DNA from: Acidimicrobiia bacterium
GTDB lineage: Bacteria > Actinomycetota > Acidimicrobiia > Spongiisociales > ZC4RG35
Length of the DNA stretch: 64,000 nt
Direction of reading: 5' to 3'
Assembly: GCA_965203555.1 (NCBI GenBank)
Contig: CBDBCY010000004.1
Location: forward strand, 1,376,001 to 1,440,000
Notes under the pieces: generated by a model
Database searches by the model: none
What the model was told of the DNA's origin: nothing
Seen by the model: the letters and a program-made list of their open reading frames with translations, nothing else
Program-made: the position numbers and the translations under genes
Part shown: in pieces, positions 28,606 through 38,474 of the stretch
Numbering within the stretch: position 1 is the first letter of the stretch
Layout of the letters: each line of letters begins with the position of its first letter

Positions 28606-29808
28606 TTACCCGTCCTTCATAGTGGTGGTGGGGGCATCTTCGGGTATCGAAGAAGACGGCGGTGGGTCCTCACCGGGAACAGGAGGAGTCTGCTCGTCGT
28701 CGGAACCGTTCTCTCCGGTCCTGGCAGGAGGCGACACAGGCTGGTCTGCTCCAGGTGCAGGGGGCGGCCCAAAAGTGGGATGCTGCACATCGCCCGCGAC
28801 AGATTCGTCGGTAACATAAACCGCCCCGATCGCCTTGTAATGGGTACGAAGATCGTTGGCGTCAGACACCAAAAGCGGCAAAGAAGGATCGGTCCCGATC
28901 CGCCCACCCGTGACCGCGTTCCGGTTTATGGCGGCTGCGGCTATTCTCCGCTCCAACTCGGCCAAAGGAATGTTCCCCTCGGCACGCTTCACCGGATCCC
29001 TGATCTTTGTGCTGCTTTCTGCCACCGCTCTTATGGTTCCGTCTTCGTCCCTTTGAACGAACCAGCGACCAAACGGATTTCTGGCAACAAACGCCTCCAG
29101 GGTTATAGCAAACGGAAGGCCGAGGAACAGCACCATTTCCCTTCCCTCATAGGTTTGAGCCACCCACTCTGCCGGGTCATCAAACAGATTGGCGATCCAA
29201 ACATCCTCACCTCCGTAGAAGTCAATAGTATCCTCTCGGTCCATATAGCCTTCTCGGTCCGAAAACGTTGTCACGTTGACGTACAAGCTCACCGGCAGTA
29301 CCGGAGGGCCCTCTCCCACCAGATACTCGTTTACTCTGACATCAACAAAACAATGAACACGGATCAAACCCTCGTTGATCCTATTGGTGTAGTAGGTGGC
29401 AAGTTTCATGTAATAGTCGTTGCAGCGGGTCGTGCCCACCAGAACAGTCCCCCTGATCACTATATGCGTGATCAGACTCGGGAACAGATCCGAGTACGCA
29501 AAAGCCTTTCCTAACATAACGTCTTTGATCGACGTCACCTCGTCGATTGGCATAGGAGTAGCAGCAACCGTGTCGTTCTCACTATCATCGGATGCAGGGA
29601 GTGGTTCTCTCGGGCCAAGCGCGCAAGGATCCGCATCCGTGTCCGCAAGGGGCACGCAAGGAGGGATCATCTCTTCCAAATACACCGGCGGTTCCACCGC
29701 AACAGTCAAGCCTTCAGACACCCCCGCATTCTCGGGTGAGACCCCGGTATCACACGCCGAGGCGAACACCAACACCAGACATGTCAACACTCGTGTGACA
29801 TTTACCAT
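28606..29808 (-). CDS. Uncharacterised lipoprotein
   Basis: 400-aa ORF; lipobox-like ASAC; Cys pairs; Pro-rich tail. Confidence 0.75.
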   Translation of the reverse strand: MVNVTRVLTCLVLVFASACDTGVSPENAGVSEGLTVAVEPPVYLEEMIPPCVPLADTDADPCALGPREPLPASDDSENDTVAATPMPIDEVTSIKDVMLGKAFAYSDLFPSLITHIVIRGTVLVGTTRCNDYYMKLATYYTNRINEGLIRVHCFVDVRVNEYLVGEGPPVLPVSLYVNVTTFSDREGYMDREDTIDFYGGEDVWIANLFDDPAEWVAQTYEGREMVLFLGLPFAITLEAFVARNPFGRWFVQRDEDGTIRAVAESSTKIRDPVKRAEGNIPLAELERRIAAAAINRNAVTGGRIGTDPSLPLLVSDANDLRTHYKAIGAVYVTDESVAGDVQHPTFGPPPAPGADQPVSPPARTGENGSDDEQTPPVPGEDPPPSSSIPEDAPTTTMKDG

Positions 29809-29822
29809 CTCATTCTCCTTAA

Positions 29823-32346
29823 CTAACCACCAAGACTCTGATGGACAGCTTTCACAGCCGCCACGTCGTACTCGGTCGGGCTACACGGATAGCCTAGGTC
29901 ATAATCCATAACTGTGTCCGTAACCACCTGTCCATCATCTGGAGTGTCGTGCAAGCCAAAAGCATGACCACCCTCGTGCAAATTAATCCCCGCGTAGAAG
30001 GCACAGGACCTCAATGGGTTACGAGCCCGCTGGAGCAGAGCGTCATAAAGACTGATCTTGATATGAGACATAACCCCTTTACTTTTATCGGGATCGCTCC
30101 GCGGGCCATTGTCTGCACAGCCCGCAGCAATATCGCCGCTTTTTAGGGAACATCGCATCCTCATCTCATCCTCATTCGCGAACTCGACCGTGCTGCCGGC
30201 ACGGGTTTCATAGGCTTCTGCGCAGAGGTTGCCGGATGTGACCTGTGTGGCCCTGACCATCCCATGCGTACTGGTTTCCCACACCTCAAGGCTGCTGTTA
30301 AGAGCGTTTATCGCAGTGACTCGCTCGTTCGGTCTCGTTCTCGGATCGTCAGCTGGCAAGGTATTGACACAGATGACATAGCGATAATCCCTAAATGTTG
30401 GCTGGACCCAGATTCTGACCGGACCCACAAAACTGCCAAAACCCGGACGATTGGTTAAGGCAACCGTTGTCGGATACACGTAGACGCTATCTGTCCAGTT
30501 CTGTGTTTGGGCAGTGCCTACTTTGGTCTTCATTTGTATTGTATACAACTGGCTCAACGTCAAGTTGGAAATGGTATGGCTGCTCCGTCCCGCGGGAACT
30601 GGGACTTCGGTCCAGTTCGGGCAGGAAGTCACTTCACAGTGTGCCTGATATCGGATGATGTAGCCTGTGTCAATAGGAGCACCCGACCACTCGACCAACG
30701 CCTGGCCACCACTGGAAAGAGTCGTACTGTCGCCGTTGGCTTTGAGGTTGGTGGGTAATTTTAGCTTGAACCACTCGATATCAATCGTAAAGACGTCGGT
30801 GGTGTCGGTGTCTTCGGTGCTTACTTCTATGGTGTAGGAAGAGTGGGTGACCCCCAACGCTGTCACCATCCGACCGCTGTACCAGACTTCACTTACGGAT
30901 CGTCGACTGGAGCCGTCTATTGTTTCGATAGGCTTCAACGAGGAGCTACCTGCCAAAGTGATTTTGAAGTCGGTTGCGGATGTGACGTTGATAGCAACGG
31001 GAAAGTGGTCGGTGCTGTTGGGCAGGGTGATGCGATATCGTTTAGCGCTGAACACCCCCGTGTCGGTCCTCCGGTACAGATCCTCGCGGTCCACAAACCA
31101 TTTGTCCTGTTTTTTGGTTTTCATGTCCACCGGCACGTCAACCGTGCACGTCGGATCGGCGACCGGCACTAACGCCGATCCCCATTGTGACCATCCGGCA
31201 GATGTGAACACACGGGCAAACAGCACCGCCGCAGATGTGTGATAACATTCGTCGTTGCCGTCACCGGTGGTCACATCCCAATCTCGAAAAACTGGTATCA
31301 CCCACTCAGTGTCAGTCTGCTCGTCTTCTTGCTTGTCCGACTCGATCTTGTCCCCGGCCCTGTTGCGACATGACGCATATCGCTGCACGTTTCTAAAACC
31401 GAGAGAATGCCCAACGCGTGCCGACACCTCCACCGTGTCCCCAAAGGCGACCGGACTCTGAGCATCATGGGACACGTTCGTGAACGTGGGCGCCGCCGGC
31501 GCCAGGTCGATGCTCACGGGATGATACACCCAGTCGGACCACTCGGTAGAGGCCGATTTGACCCGCACCAACAACCACGCCTGCGCCGCCTGTGGTCGGC
31601 TGAAACACTGATCGTCGTCTCCCCCGGTCGTCACCGTCCACGAGGCGGTCTCGTCCAAACCCGACACAGTCGGACTGGCGGGCCAGGTGTTCCCCACCGC
31701 CGAGACAAAACGTTCACCATTCGCCTCCCAACACACATACCTGTACTCCCAGGCCGTGAACACCTTCGACGACGCAACGGTCATCGAGACACTGCTCACG
31801 GCATTGTACGAAATCGAAGCGGCAGACGGGCTGCCGAGCGTGGGGGTGGGATGCAGATTGGAAGGTGGAGGATCAATCATGGCGTCGTGCTGTCCCCACT
31901 CTGACCAGCCACTGTCAGTCCGCACCCGAACAAGCAGCGAGACCGGACCGCCGTAGCATTCGGCGGGTCCGCTCCCGGTGGTCACCTTCTCCCATCTCAA
32001 CACCACCGCCCATCTGATACCGGCCGGAAAAGACTCCAAAGACCTTTCCCTGGGAACAGTCTGGTATGAGCGCCCGCCCCCCTGCGTGGGACTTGTAATA
32101 GTGCTCCACCCCAGTGAACTGCTCCCCATGATAAATCAACAACGTCACCCGACTGACACCACGAAAAGGCAACCTGTTCACGCCCTGAAAACTGGGAGCA
32201 TCAGGCACCATAGTCGTAGTGGCGGCAGGCACCGTAGTCGTAGTGGTAGTGGTCGTGGTGGTAGAAGAAGTAGCAGTGGTGTCGGCAGGGGCCGTGCACT
32301 GATACAAATCCTTGATAGCACCCCCGATCCACTTCTGACCCGTCCT
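29823..32346 (-). CDS. Multidomain metzincin-type protease, apparently 5'-truncated and frameshifted near 32080 (three ~110-aa repeats, FN3-like region, HExxH domain)
   Basis: HEGGHAFGLHD plus Met-turn TVMDY; three W.VTTG..C..L..RV...WS.W repeats; the first repeat and a Thr linker lie in the 31915-32448 frame. Confidence 0.65.
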
Positions 32347-32493
32347 CGATCTCTGTCTTTCGCGGGGATTGTCGCTCGGGACTGTACCGGGTGAAAGAGG
32401 CCGGTCAACAAGTACCCCGACCTCAATGTGGCGATGCGCCCGCCGCAAACTAGCCTTGGTTGGTCAATTGATTGAACCGAAGGTCCGGTATTC

Positions 32494-33942
32494 ATGAACA
32501 AGACACGACTGGCGAGCCTATGTGTTGCTGCCCTGCTCGTGGCGGCCTCCTGCGGCGGAGCGGAGGACTCCGGTTCTCGGACGCCGACCACTGCTCGTGA
32601 GACCGATTGGGGATCGGGTATGACCTATGACGATTGCGGTGAACGGGGCCTGACCGATTACGGCCTTCGGACCGGTCAGAAGTGGATCGGGGACTTCTAC
32701 GCCGACCTGTACGAGTGCACGGCGCCCATCACCACAGCCGCCGGTTCCCAGCCGATCAGCGATTCCGCTCCCCCACCCACTACGAAGCCCGGAACGACCT
32801 CCCCCCAGCCACCGGCGACCTCCACCTCCACCACAACCCTGCTGCCCCTGCGCGGACTGCGCTATGAACTGGTTTTTGCCGGTGTCCGTGAGACCCTGGA
32901 CGACGAAGACGCCATGCCTCTGGAAATCGTGGGGCGACCGGGCGGCCGGTTCAACTACATGATCACCCGCGAGGGAAGGGTGTGGATCGTCGAGGAAGAC
33001 ACTTTCTCCAACCCGCCGGTGCTGGATCTGAGGGACTCTATCGCGATCGGATCCGAAACGGGACTGCTGGGACTGGCCCTCCACCCCACCGATCCGCAGC
33101 GGATGTTCCTCTATTACACCGACTTGGAGTTCGACATCATTCTCGCTGAATACCAACTCGATGACGAGTTGAGGAGAGCGATCCCCTCCAGCGCCAAGAC
33201 CTTGATGAAGATCCCCACCCGCAGTGACTTCCACAAGGGTGGAATGATCTCATTCGGCCCGGACGGCTATCTGTATATCGGGGTCGGGGACGACGGATAC
33301 AGCTTCAACGGCCAAGACCACACTACCTTGCTGGGCTCCATACTCCGCATCGATGTCGACGGAGGAGACCCCTATGGCATCCCCACCGACCAACCCCCTC
33401 TCAGCCCGGAGGCTCCGGAGGTATACCTGTACGGGATCCGCAACCCCTGGCGGTTCTGGATAGACCCGACGACCAATCTGATCTTCATAGGCGATGTCGG
33501 AGCCGATGCCTTTGAAGAGATCGATATAACTTCGCTCGACACGTCCGGCGCCAACTTCGGATGGTCGGTTCTGGAAGGACACCAATGGGGGCCCTTCAAC
33601 GAGGGGACCGCCTGCAGGGAGAACCCGGGAACGTGCGACACCAGTGGCTTCACTCCTCCCGCCCTGGCCCTTCGCCACAGTCCCGAGGTCTGCGCCGTCA
33701 TAAGCGGGATGGTGTACCGGGGGCAGGCCATCCCCGAACTCGACGGACACTACTTTTACTCGGATGCCTGCGGCGGCTTTCTCCGTAGCTTCCGATGGAA
33801 CGGGACACTGGCTGTGGACCTACGAGACTGGACCGAGCAGGTGGAGGCTCGAAAGCGGGTGCTCTCGTTCGGGGTGGACACCCAGGGAGAGATGTACGTG
33901 ATGACCGCCGACGACGTTTTCAGGTTGACGCCCGTCCGCTGA
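32494..33942 (+). CDS. PQQ-dependent glucose/sorbosone dehydrogenase family lipoprotein
   Basis: Lipobox AASC; ETGLLGLALHP, HKGG.I.FGPDGYLYIGVGD, GSILRID, YGIRNPWR and DVG...EEID motifs. Confidence 0.87.
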   Translation: MNKTRLASLCVAALLVAASCGGAEDSGSRTPTTARETDWGSGMTYDDCGERGLTDYGLRTGQKWIGDFYADLYECTAPITTAAGSQPISDSAPPPTTKPGTTSPQPPATSTSTTTLLPLRGLRYELVFAGVRETLDDEDAMPLEIVGRPGGRFNYMITREGRVWIVEEDTFSNPPVLDLRDSIAIGSETGLLGLALHPTDPQRMFLYYTDLEFDIILAEYQLDDELRRAIPSSAKTLMKIPTRSDFHKGGMISFGPDGYLYIGVGDDGYSFNGQDHTTLLGSILRIDVDGGDPYGIPTDQPPLSPEAPEVYLYGIRNPWRFWIDPTTNLIFIGDVGADAFEEIDITSLDTSGANFGWSVLEGHQWGPFNEGTACRENPGTCDTSGFTPPALALRHSPEVCAVISGMVYRGQAIPELDGHYFYSDACGGFLRSFRWNGTLAVDLRDWTEQVEARKRVLSFGVDTQGEMYVMTADDVFRLTPVR

Positions 33943-33960
33943 CATAAACGCCGAAACCGC

Positions 33961-35970
33961 TTACCGCTGAAAGGTGATGCGCCACGAAGTGTCGACCAGA
34001 TCCGGGGGACAGGTCGCCCTGACGACAGTGGCGGGTGTCATCTCCAGGTATCCGACAGAGACCCAACCCTGGTAGGGATCGGTGTCGCCGCGCGCCATGT
34101 CGATCTGGCACCCATCTCCTTCGAAGACCGCCCGGACCAAGACGTCACCGACCTGAACCAGGAAGCCCGAGGTGTTGATCACCGGATCGAGGTCGGGCGC
34201 CAGGTGAAGGTTGGACTGCCAGCGAGAACTCGTTCTGTTGTAGAGACGGTCCCTGATGGTCAGAGACGACCCCGGCGTATAGGAGAAGGTTCTCTCGTGT
34301 CGAAGCAGTCCGGGGCGATCGACGAATCCCTCCACGACGAAACCGGAGTCGGTCGTCCTGATGGGTTGCAGGTGCGTCTCGGCGGGATCGACTTTGCGAG
34401 GATCAATCGGCCGTGACACGAGGCTCGGGATGTTGTGAGCCCGAGCGCTCAGGACGTAACTGCGCATGTGGTCCTTGTTGTAACCGTACTTACCGCTGTC
34501 GACAAAGATTTCGCGACCCCCTTCTATCAGCACGAAACCAAGGTCATCAGTGTGTTTGTGCCTGATGACCGCTCCCACCACGTTTACGAACATCGCGTTT
34601 ACAAACAGCATGCTGGACTCTTCGGCTCCAGGCAGGGAACGTATGATGGCGTACCCCGACTTCGTAAGATCGCGAACCGCCCAGCAACCCGCCTCTCCAT
34701 CGAGACAGTGCGGCTCGACCGGTCCGGTCAACGGCAACCCGATCCCTGCGCTGTCGCCCACCGGCACCCATCGTCCGTCGGGATAGGTCAACCAGGGGGT
34801 CACACGGGCGCCGTCCTCGATGAGGGTACGCACCCCTGGTAGCCGAGTCCGTTCCGCGATGCGAAGCCGTTGGAGGGCATCCAACACGATGCCGTGGTAG
34901 TTGGGTGAGTTCTCACGATGGACACTCTCGTCCGTGAACCACCGGTCCAGCAGCCTCGCGAAAGCCGTGTCCACATAGGATCGGGCGCTGTTGCAAACGC
35001 TTCGCCAACTGAGGACCGCGCACAGCAGGTTGAGGCCTGCAAGCTGAAACAGGCCGTGATTCCCCAGGGAAAGAAAACGAGGATCCAAAAGCTTTCGGAC
35101 ATGGAGTTCGGCCAACCGGGTCAGGGCGGCGAGATCGTCGTCTTCGATGTCGAGATTGCCGACGAATATATTGTCCAGCAAGAACGCCAGACGGGAGGCC
35201 CGGATGCCGGCGGCCATGTCATACCACTGGAAACGGCTCTCTCGATTGTCCTGGACATGGAACCGTTCCCAGTCGAGGGCAATGGCTGCGATGTGCTCGA
35301 GAGACCCGAGGTCACCGTCCTGGTAGGCGTATAGCCAGTACTCCATCATTACCCATGAATGAACGAGGAACTGCCAGTTGCGATCCTCGAAGGGATCGGC
35401 GGCCCAATCCATCGGGAGGGAGTAGTCCCACTCCGGGAGGTCCGGACGCGGCTGGAGTACACCCGGCGAGGGAGGCCGATGGTGCACCGACAATTCCTCG
35501 ACAACGACGCGGGGGCTGGAATAGTCGTCCGGCCGTAAAACGCCCGCCGGGACCGACCCCGAGGCAGGGGTTACGGCAGGCGCGGCGCAGTGATACAGAT
35601 TGGCATAGAAAGTGCCGTTCCTGATCCACCTCTTGCCCGTCACGGGACCGTAGTTCGTCAGGCCCCGCGACCGGCACTCCGAATACGGCGTACCCGATCC
35701 CCAATCAGGCTCCCGCGGAGTAGTCGCGGTGGGCGCCGTGCAGTGATACAGATTGGCATAGAAAGTGCCGTTCCTGATCCACCTCTTGCCCGTCACGGGA
35801 CCGTAGTTCGTCAGGCCCCGCGACCGGCACTCCGAATACGGCGTACCCGATCCCCAATCATGGTCCGACGCAAAAGCACTCGGAACACCATGGACCAGGG
35901 CACCCATCACCCCCACCAGCAACATAACCACCACCTCTCGGATCCCCGGCAAACCATGCCCACTCCTCAT
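33961..35970 (-). CDS. Secreted heparinase II/III-like polysaccharide lyase
   Basis: DRNW.F..H, NHGLFQ, HRENSPNYH, HKHTDDL, VDSGKYGYN and SARAHN motifs; signal peptide. Confidence 0.8.
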   Translation of the reverse strand: MRSGHGLPGIREVVVMLLVGVMGALVHGVPSAFASDHDWGSGTPYSECRSRGLTNYGPVTGKRWIRNGTFYANLYHCTAPTATTPREPDWGSGTPYSECRSRGLTNYGPVTGKRWIRNGTFYANLYHCAAPAVTPASGSVPAGVLRPDDYSSPRVVVEELSVHHRPPSPGVLQPRPDLPEWDYSLPMDWAADPFEDRNWQFLVHSWVMMEYWLYAYQDGDLGSLEHIAAIALDWERFHVQDNRESRFQWYDMAAGIRASRLAFLLDNIFVGNLDIEDDDLAALTRLAELHVRKLLDPRFLSLGNHGLFQLAGLNLLCAVLSWRSVCNSARSYVDTAFARLLDRWFTDESVHRENSPNYHGIVLDALQRLRIAERTRLPGVRTLIEDGARVTPWLTYPDGRWVPVGDSAGIGLPLTGPVEPHCLDGEAGCWAVRDLTKSGYAIIRSLPGAEESSMLFVNAMFVNVVGAVIRHKHTDDLGFVLIEGGREIFVDSGKYGYNKDHMRSYVLSARAHNIPSLVSRPIDPRKVDPAETHLQPIRTTDSGFVVEGFVDRPGLLRHERTFSYTPGSSLTIRDRLYNRTSSRWQSNLHLAPDLDPVINTSGFLVQVGDVLVRAVFEGDGCQIDMARGDTDPYQGWVSVGYLEMTPATVVRATCPPDLVDTSWRITFQR
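35587..35860 (-). repeat. Two identical 121-bp intragenic repeats (35587-35707 and 35740-35860) encoding the two-Cys module
   Basis: Exact nucleotide duplication with a 153-bp period. Confidence 0.92.
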
Positions 35971-36012
35971 GAACCGACAACCCTACAAGCGGATTCGCAG
36001 AATGCTCACTCC

Positions 36013-38454
36013 TCATGTGCCGCGTGTGCGGGGAGCGTAAAAGGGTCGGAGAGAGGCGGTGGCGGGAAGGCGCGTCCCGGCAACCTCGATCTCGTACTCC
36101 CCTGCCTCGAGCCAAGCCTTGGCGACACCATCGGAATGCTGCAGATACCCCATCGCCAGGCAGCGATCTTCGACGTAGCTCCACATGCCGGAGGTGGTGC
36201 GGCCCACCAACTCGCCGTTGCGGAAAATCGGCTCGTCGTGATAGAGCAACCGGTCCGGATCTTCCAGGCGAAACTGGACGAGTCGCTTGGGAAGAATCCG
36301 ACCGCGCTGACGCTCCAGCGCCTCCTTCCCGCAGAATCCGCCCGGCTTGTTCCAGTCCACTGCGAAACCCAGACCTGCTTCCAGGGGCGTGTCCTCGTCG
36401 GTGATGTCGTGTCCCCAGTGGCGGTAGCCGGCCTCCAGCCGGAGGGAGTTCATGGCGTGGTACCCGGCGTGGCGCAGACCATGGGCGGCGCCCTCGTCCA
36501 CCACCGCGTCGTAGAGTGAGACCGCTTGGTCGACCGGAACGTACAACTCCCAGCCCAGTTCCCCCACGTAGCTGACCCGCATCGCCAGCACCCGGTGTCC
36601 GGCCACCGTGATCTCCTGCGCCCCGCCGAAGGGGAAGGCATCATTCCCCAGGTCGGCGTCGGTGAGCGCCGACAACAGCGCCCTGGACCGGGGACCCATC
36701 ACCCCCAGTGTCGTCATGGAGGTAGTGATGTCCCGTATCCGAACATCGTGGCCCCGCGCAGCCCTGCGCAAGTGCGCCCAGTCCCGGGTGGGCGCACCGG
36801 AACCCGACACCACCAGGAACTTTTCTTCGGAGAGACGGGTCACCGTCAAATCGGCCTCTATCCCTCCCCGTGAGTTGAGCCACTGGGTGTAGACCACCTT
36901 GCCCACCGGACCGGGGACGCGCCCCGATGAAACCCACCCGAGCAGCCGGGCGGCATCGGGACCCTCCACGTCGAACTTGACGAACGAGGTCTGGTCGAAC
37001 AGTCCCACCGCGTTGCGCACCGCCAGGCACTCCTCGCCCGACGCCGCCCACCAGTTCTGCTTCCCGTAGGAATAGACGTAATGGCGCTCCATCCCCTCGG
37101 TGGCGAACCAATTGGGCCTCTCCCATCCCGACATCTCTCCGAACACCGCCCCGGCGGCGTCCAGCCGGTCGTGGAGGGCCGAGAGCTTGACGTCCCGGGC
37201 GCTCTGATACTGGTAGAACGGCCAGTGCATGGCGTACAGAAGACCGAGGCTCTCCGAAATCCGGTCCTCCAGGAACCCGAGTTCGGTCTGATGGGGCTGC
37301 GCCCGGCGGATGTCCACCGGCCACAGGTCGCTGGGAGGATGACCGTCGATGATCCAGTCGGCCAGCACCCACCCCACGCCTCCCGCCGACTGGATGCCCA
37401 CCGAGTTGAACCCGGCAGCCACAAAGCACCGGTCCACTTCGGGCGACTCGCCCAGGTAGTAGACCCCATCGGGAGTGAAAGCCTCCGGGCCGTTGAAAAA
37501 CAGTTGGATGCCCACCTCTCCCAGGGCGGGGACCCGGTGGATGGAACGCTCGAAGATGGGGCCCACATGATCCCAGTCCTCTGCAAGCACCCCGAAGCTG
37601 AAGTCGCGGGGAATCCCGTCGAGCTTCCACACCTTGCCGCGGGGTTCGAAGAAGCCGGTCATGATCTTGCCGGTCTCCTCCTTGAAGTAGGTGTAGTTGG
37701 TGGGATCCCGCAGGGTGGGCATCCCCGGCGGCACCCCGTCCATGGGTTCGGTTACCAGGTAGAAGTGCTCGCAGGCCTGAAGCGGCACATGCACACCGGC
37801 CGTGGCTGCCAGTTGGCGGGTCCACATGCCCGCCGCCAGCACCACGGTCTCGCACTCCACGTAACCGTGCTCGGTTTCCACCCCGACCACCCGTTCGTTC
37901 TCCACCCGGATCGAAGTCACCGCCACTTCCTCCAGGATCCGCACGCCGCGGTCCTTGGCTCCCTTGGCCAGCGACATGGTGGTGTCGACCGGGCTGGTCT
38001 GGCCGTCCTGGGGAATCCAGGCGGCGCCCACCAGATCGTCGGTGCGGATCAGGGGCCAACGCTCCCGCAACTCGTCGAAGTCCATCTCCCGCATCTCCAC
38101 CCCCACCGTGCGAGCCATGGACAGTCCGCGCATGATCTCCTCCCAACGCTCTGCGTCGGAAGCCACCGAAATGGAGCCCACCGCCCGATATCCGGTGGCC
38201 TGGCCGGTCTCGGACTCCAGGTCGGAGAACAGTTGCGCCGAGTAGGTGGCGAGGCGGGTGAGGCTGTAGGACGATTTGAGCTGGCTCACCAGCCCGGCGG
38301 CGTGCCAGGTGGTTCCGCCGGTCAGCTTCCCCTGCTCCAGCAGCAGAACATCGGTCACTCCCCTTCGAGCCAGGTGGTAGGCGACGCTGCACCCCACGAT
38401 CCCTCCGCCCACCACCACCACCTGGGCCCGGCCCGGCAAAGCCTTGGCGCCCAC
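36013..38454 (-). CDS. Dimethylglycine/sarcosine dehydrogenase-like FAD oxidoreductase with GcvT domain
   Basis: VVGGGIVG, GTTWHAAGL, GPEAFTPDG, GWERPNWF, SYVGELGWEL and LRLEAGY motifs. Confidence 0.9.
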   Translation of the reverse strand: MGAKALPGRAQVVVVGGGIVGCSVAYHLARRGVTDVLLLEQGKLTGGTTWHAAGLVSQLKSSYSLTRLATYSAQLFSDLESETGQATGYRAVGSISVASDAERWEEIMRGLSMARTVGVEMREMDFDELRERWPLIRTDDLVGAAWIPQDGQTSPVDTTMSLAKGAKDRGVRILEEVAVTSIRVENERVVGVETEHGYVECETVVLAAGMWTRQLAATAGVHVPLQACEHFYLVTEPMDGVPPGMPTLRDPTNYTYFKEETGKIMTGFFEPRGKVWKLDGIPRDFSFGVLAEDWDHVGPIFERSIHRVPALGEVGIQLFFNGPEAFTPDGVYYLGESPEVDRCFVAAGFNSVGIQSAGGVGWVLADWIIDGHPPSDLWPVDIRRAQPHQTELGFLEDRISESLGLLYAMHWPFYQYQSARDVKLSALHDRLDAAGAVFGEMSGWERPNWFATEGMERHYVYSYGKQNWWAASGEECLAVRNAVGLFDQTSFVKFDVEGPDAARLLGWVSSGRVPGPVGKVVYTQWLNSRGGIEADLTVTRLSEEKFLVVSGSGAPTRDWAHLRRAARGHDVRIRDITTSMTTLGVMGPRSRALLSALTDADLGNDAFPFGGAQEITVAGHRVLAMRVSYVGELGWELYVPVDQAVSLYDAVVDEGAAHGLRHAGYHAMNSLRLEAGYRHWGHDITDEDTPLEAGLGFAVDWNKPGGFCGKEALERQRGRILPKRLVQFRLEDPDRLLYHDEPIFRNGELVGRTTSGMWSYVEDRCLAMGYLQHSDGVAKAWLEAGEYEIEVAGTRLPATASLRPFYAPRTRGT

Positions 38455-38474
38455 CGCGGGCTCGGTGGCCGGAA

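Noticed and set aside
35587-35860. 121-bp direct repeats as a CRISPR array
   Set aside because: Only two units, too long, in frame within a CDS, and no cas genes in the window
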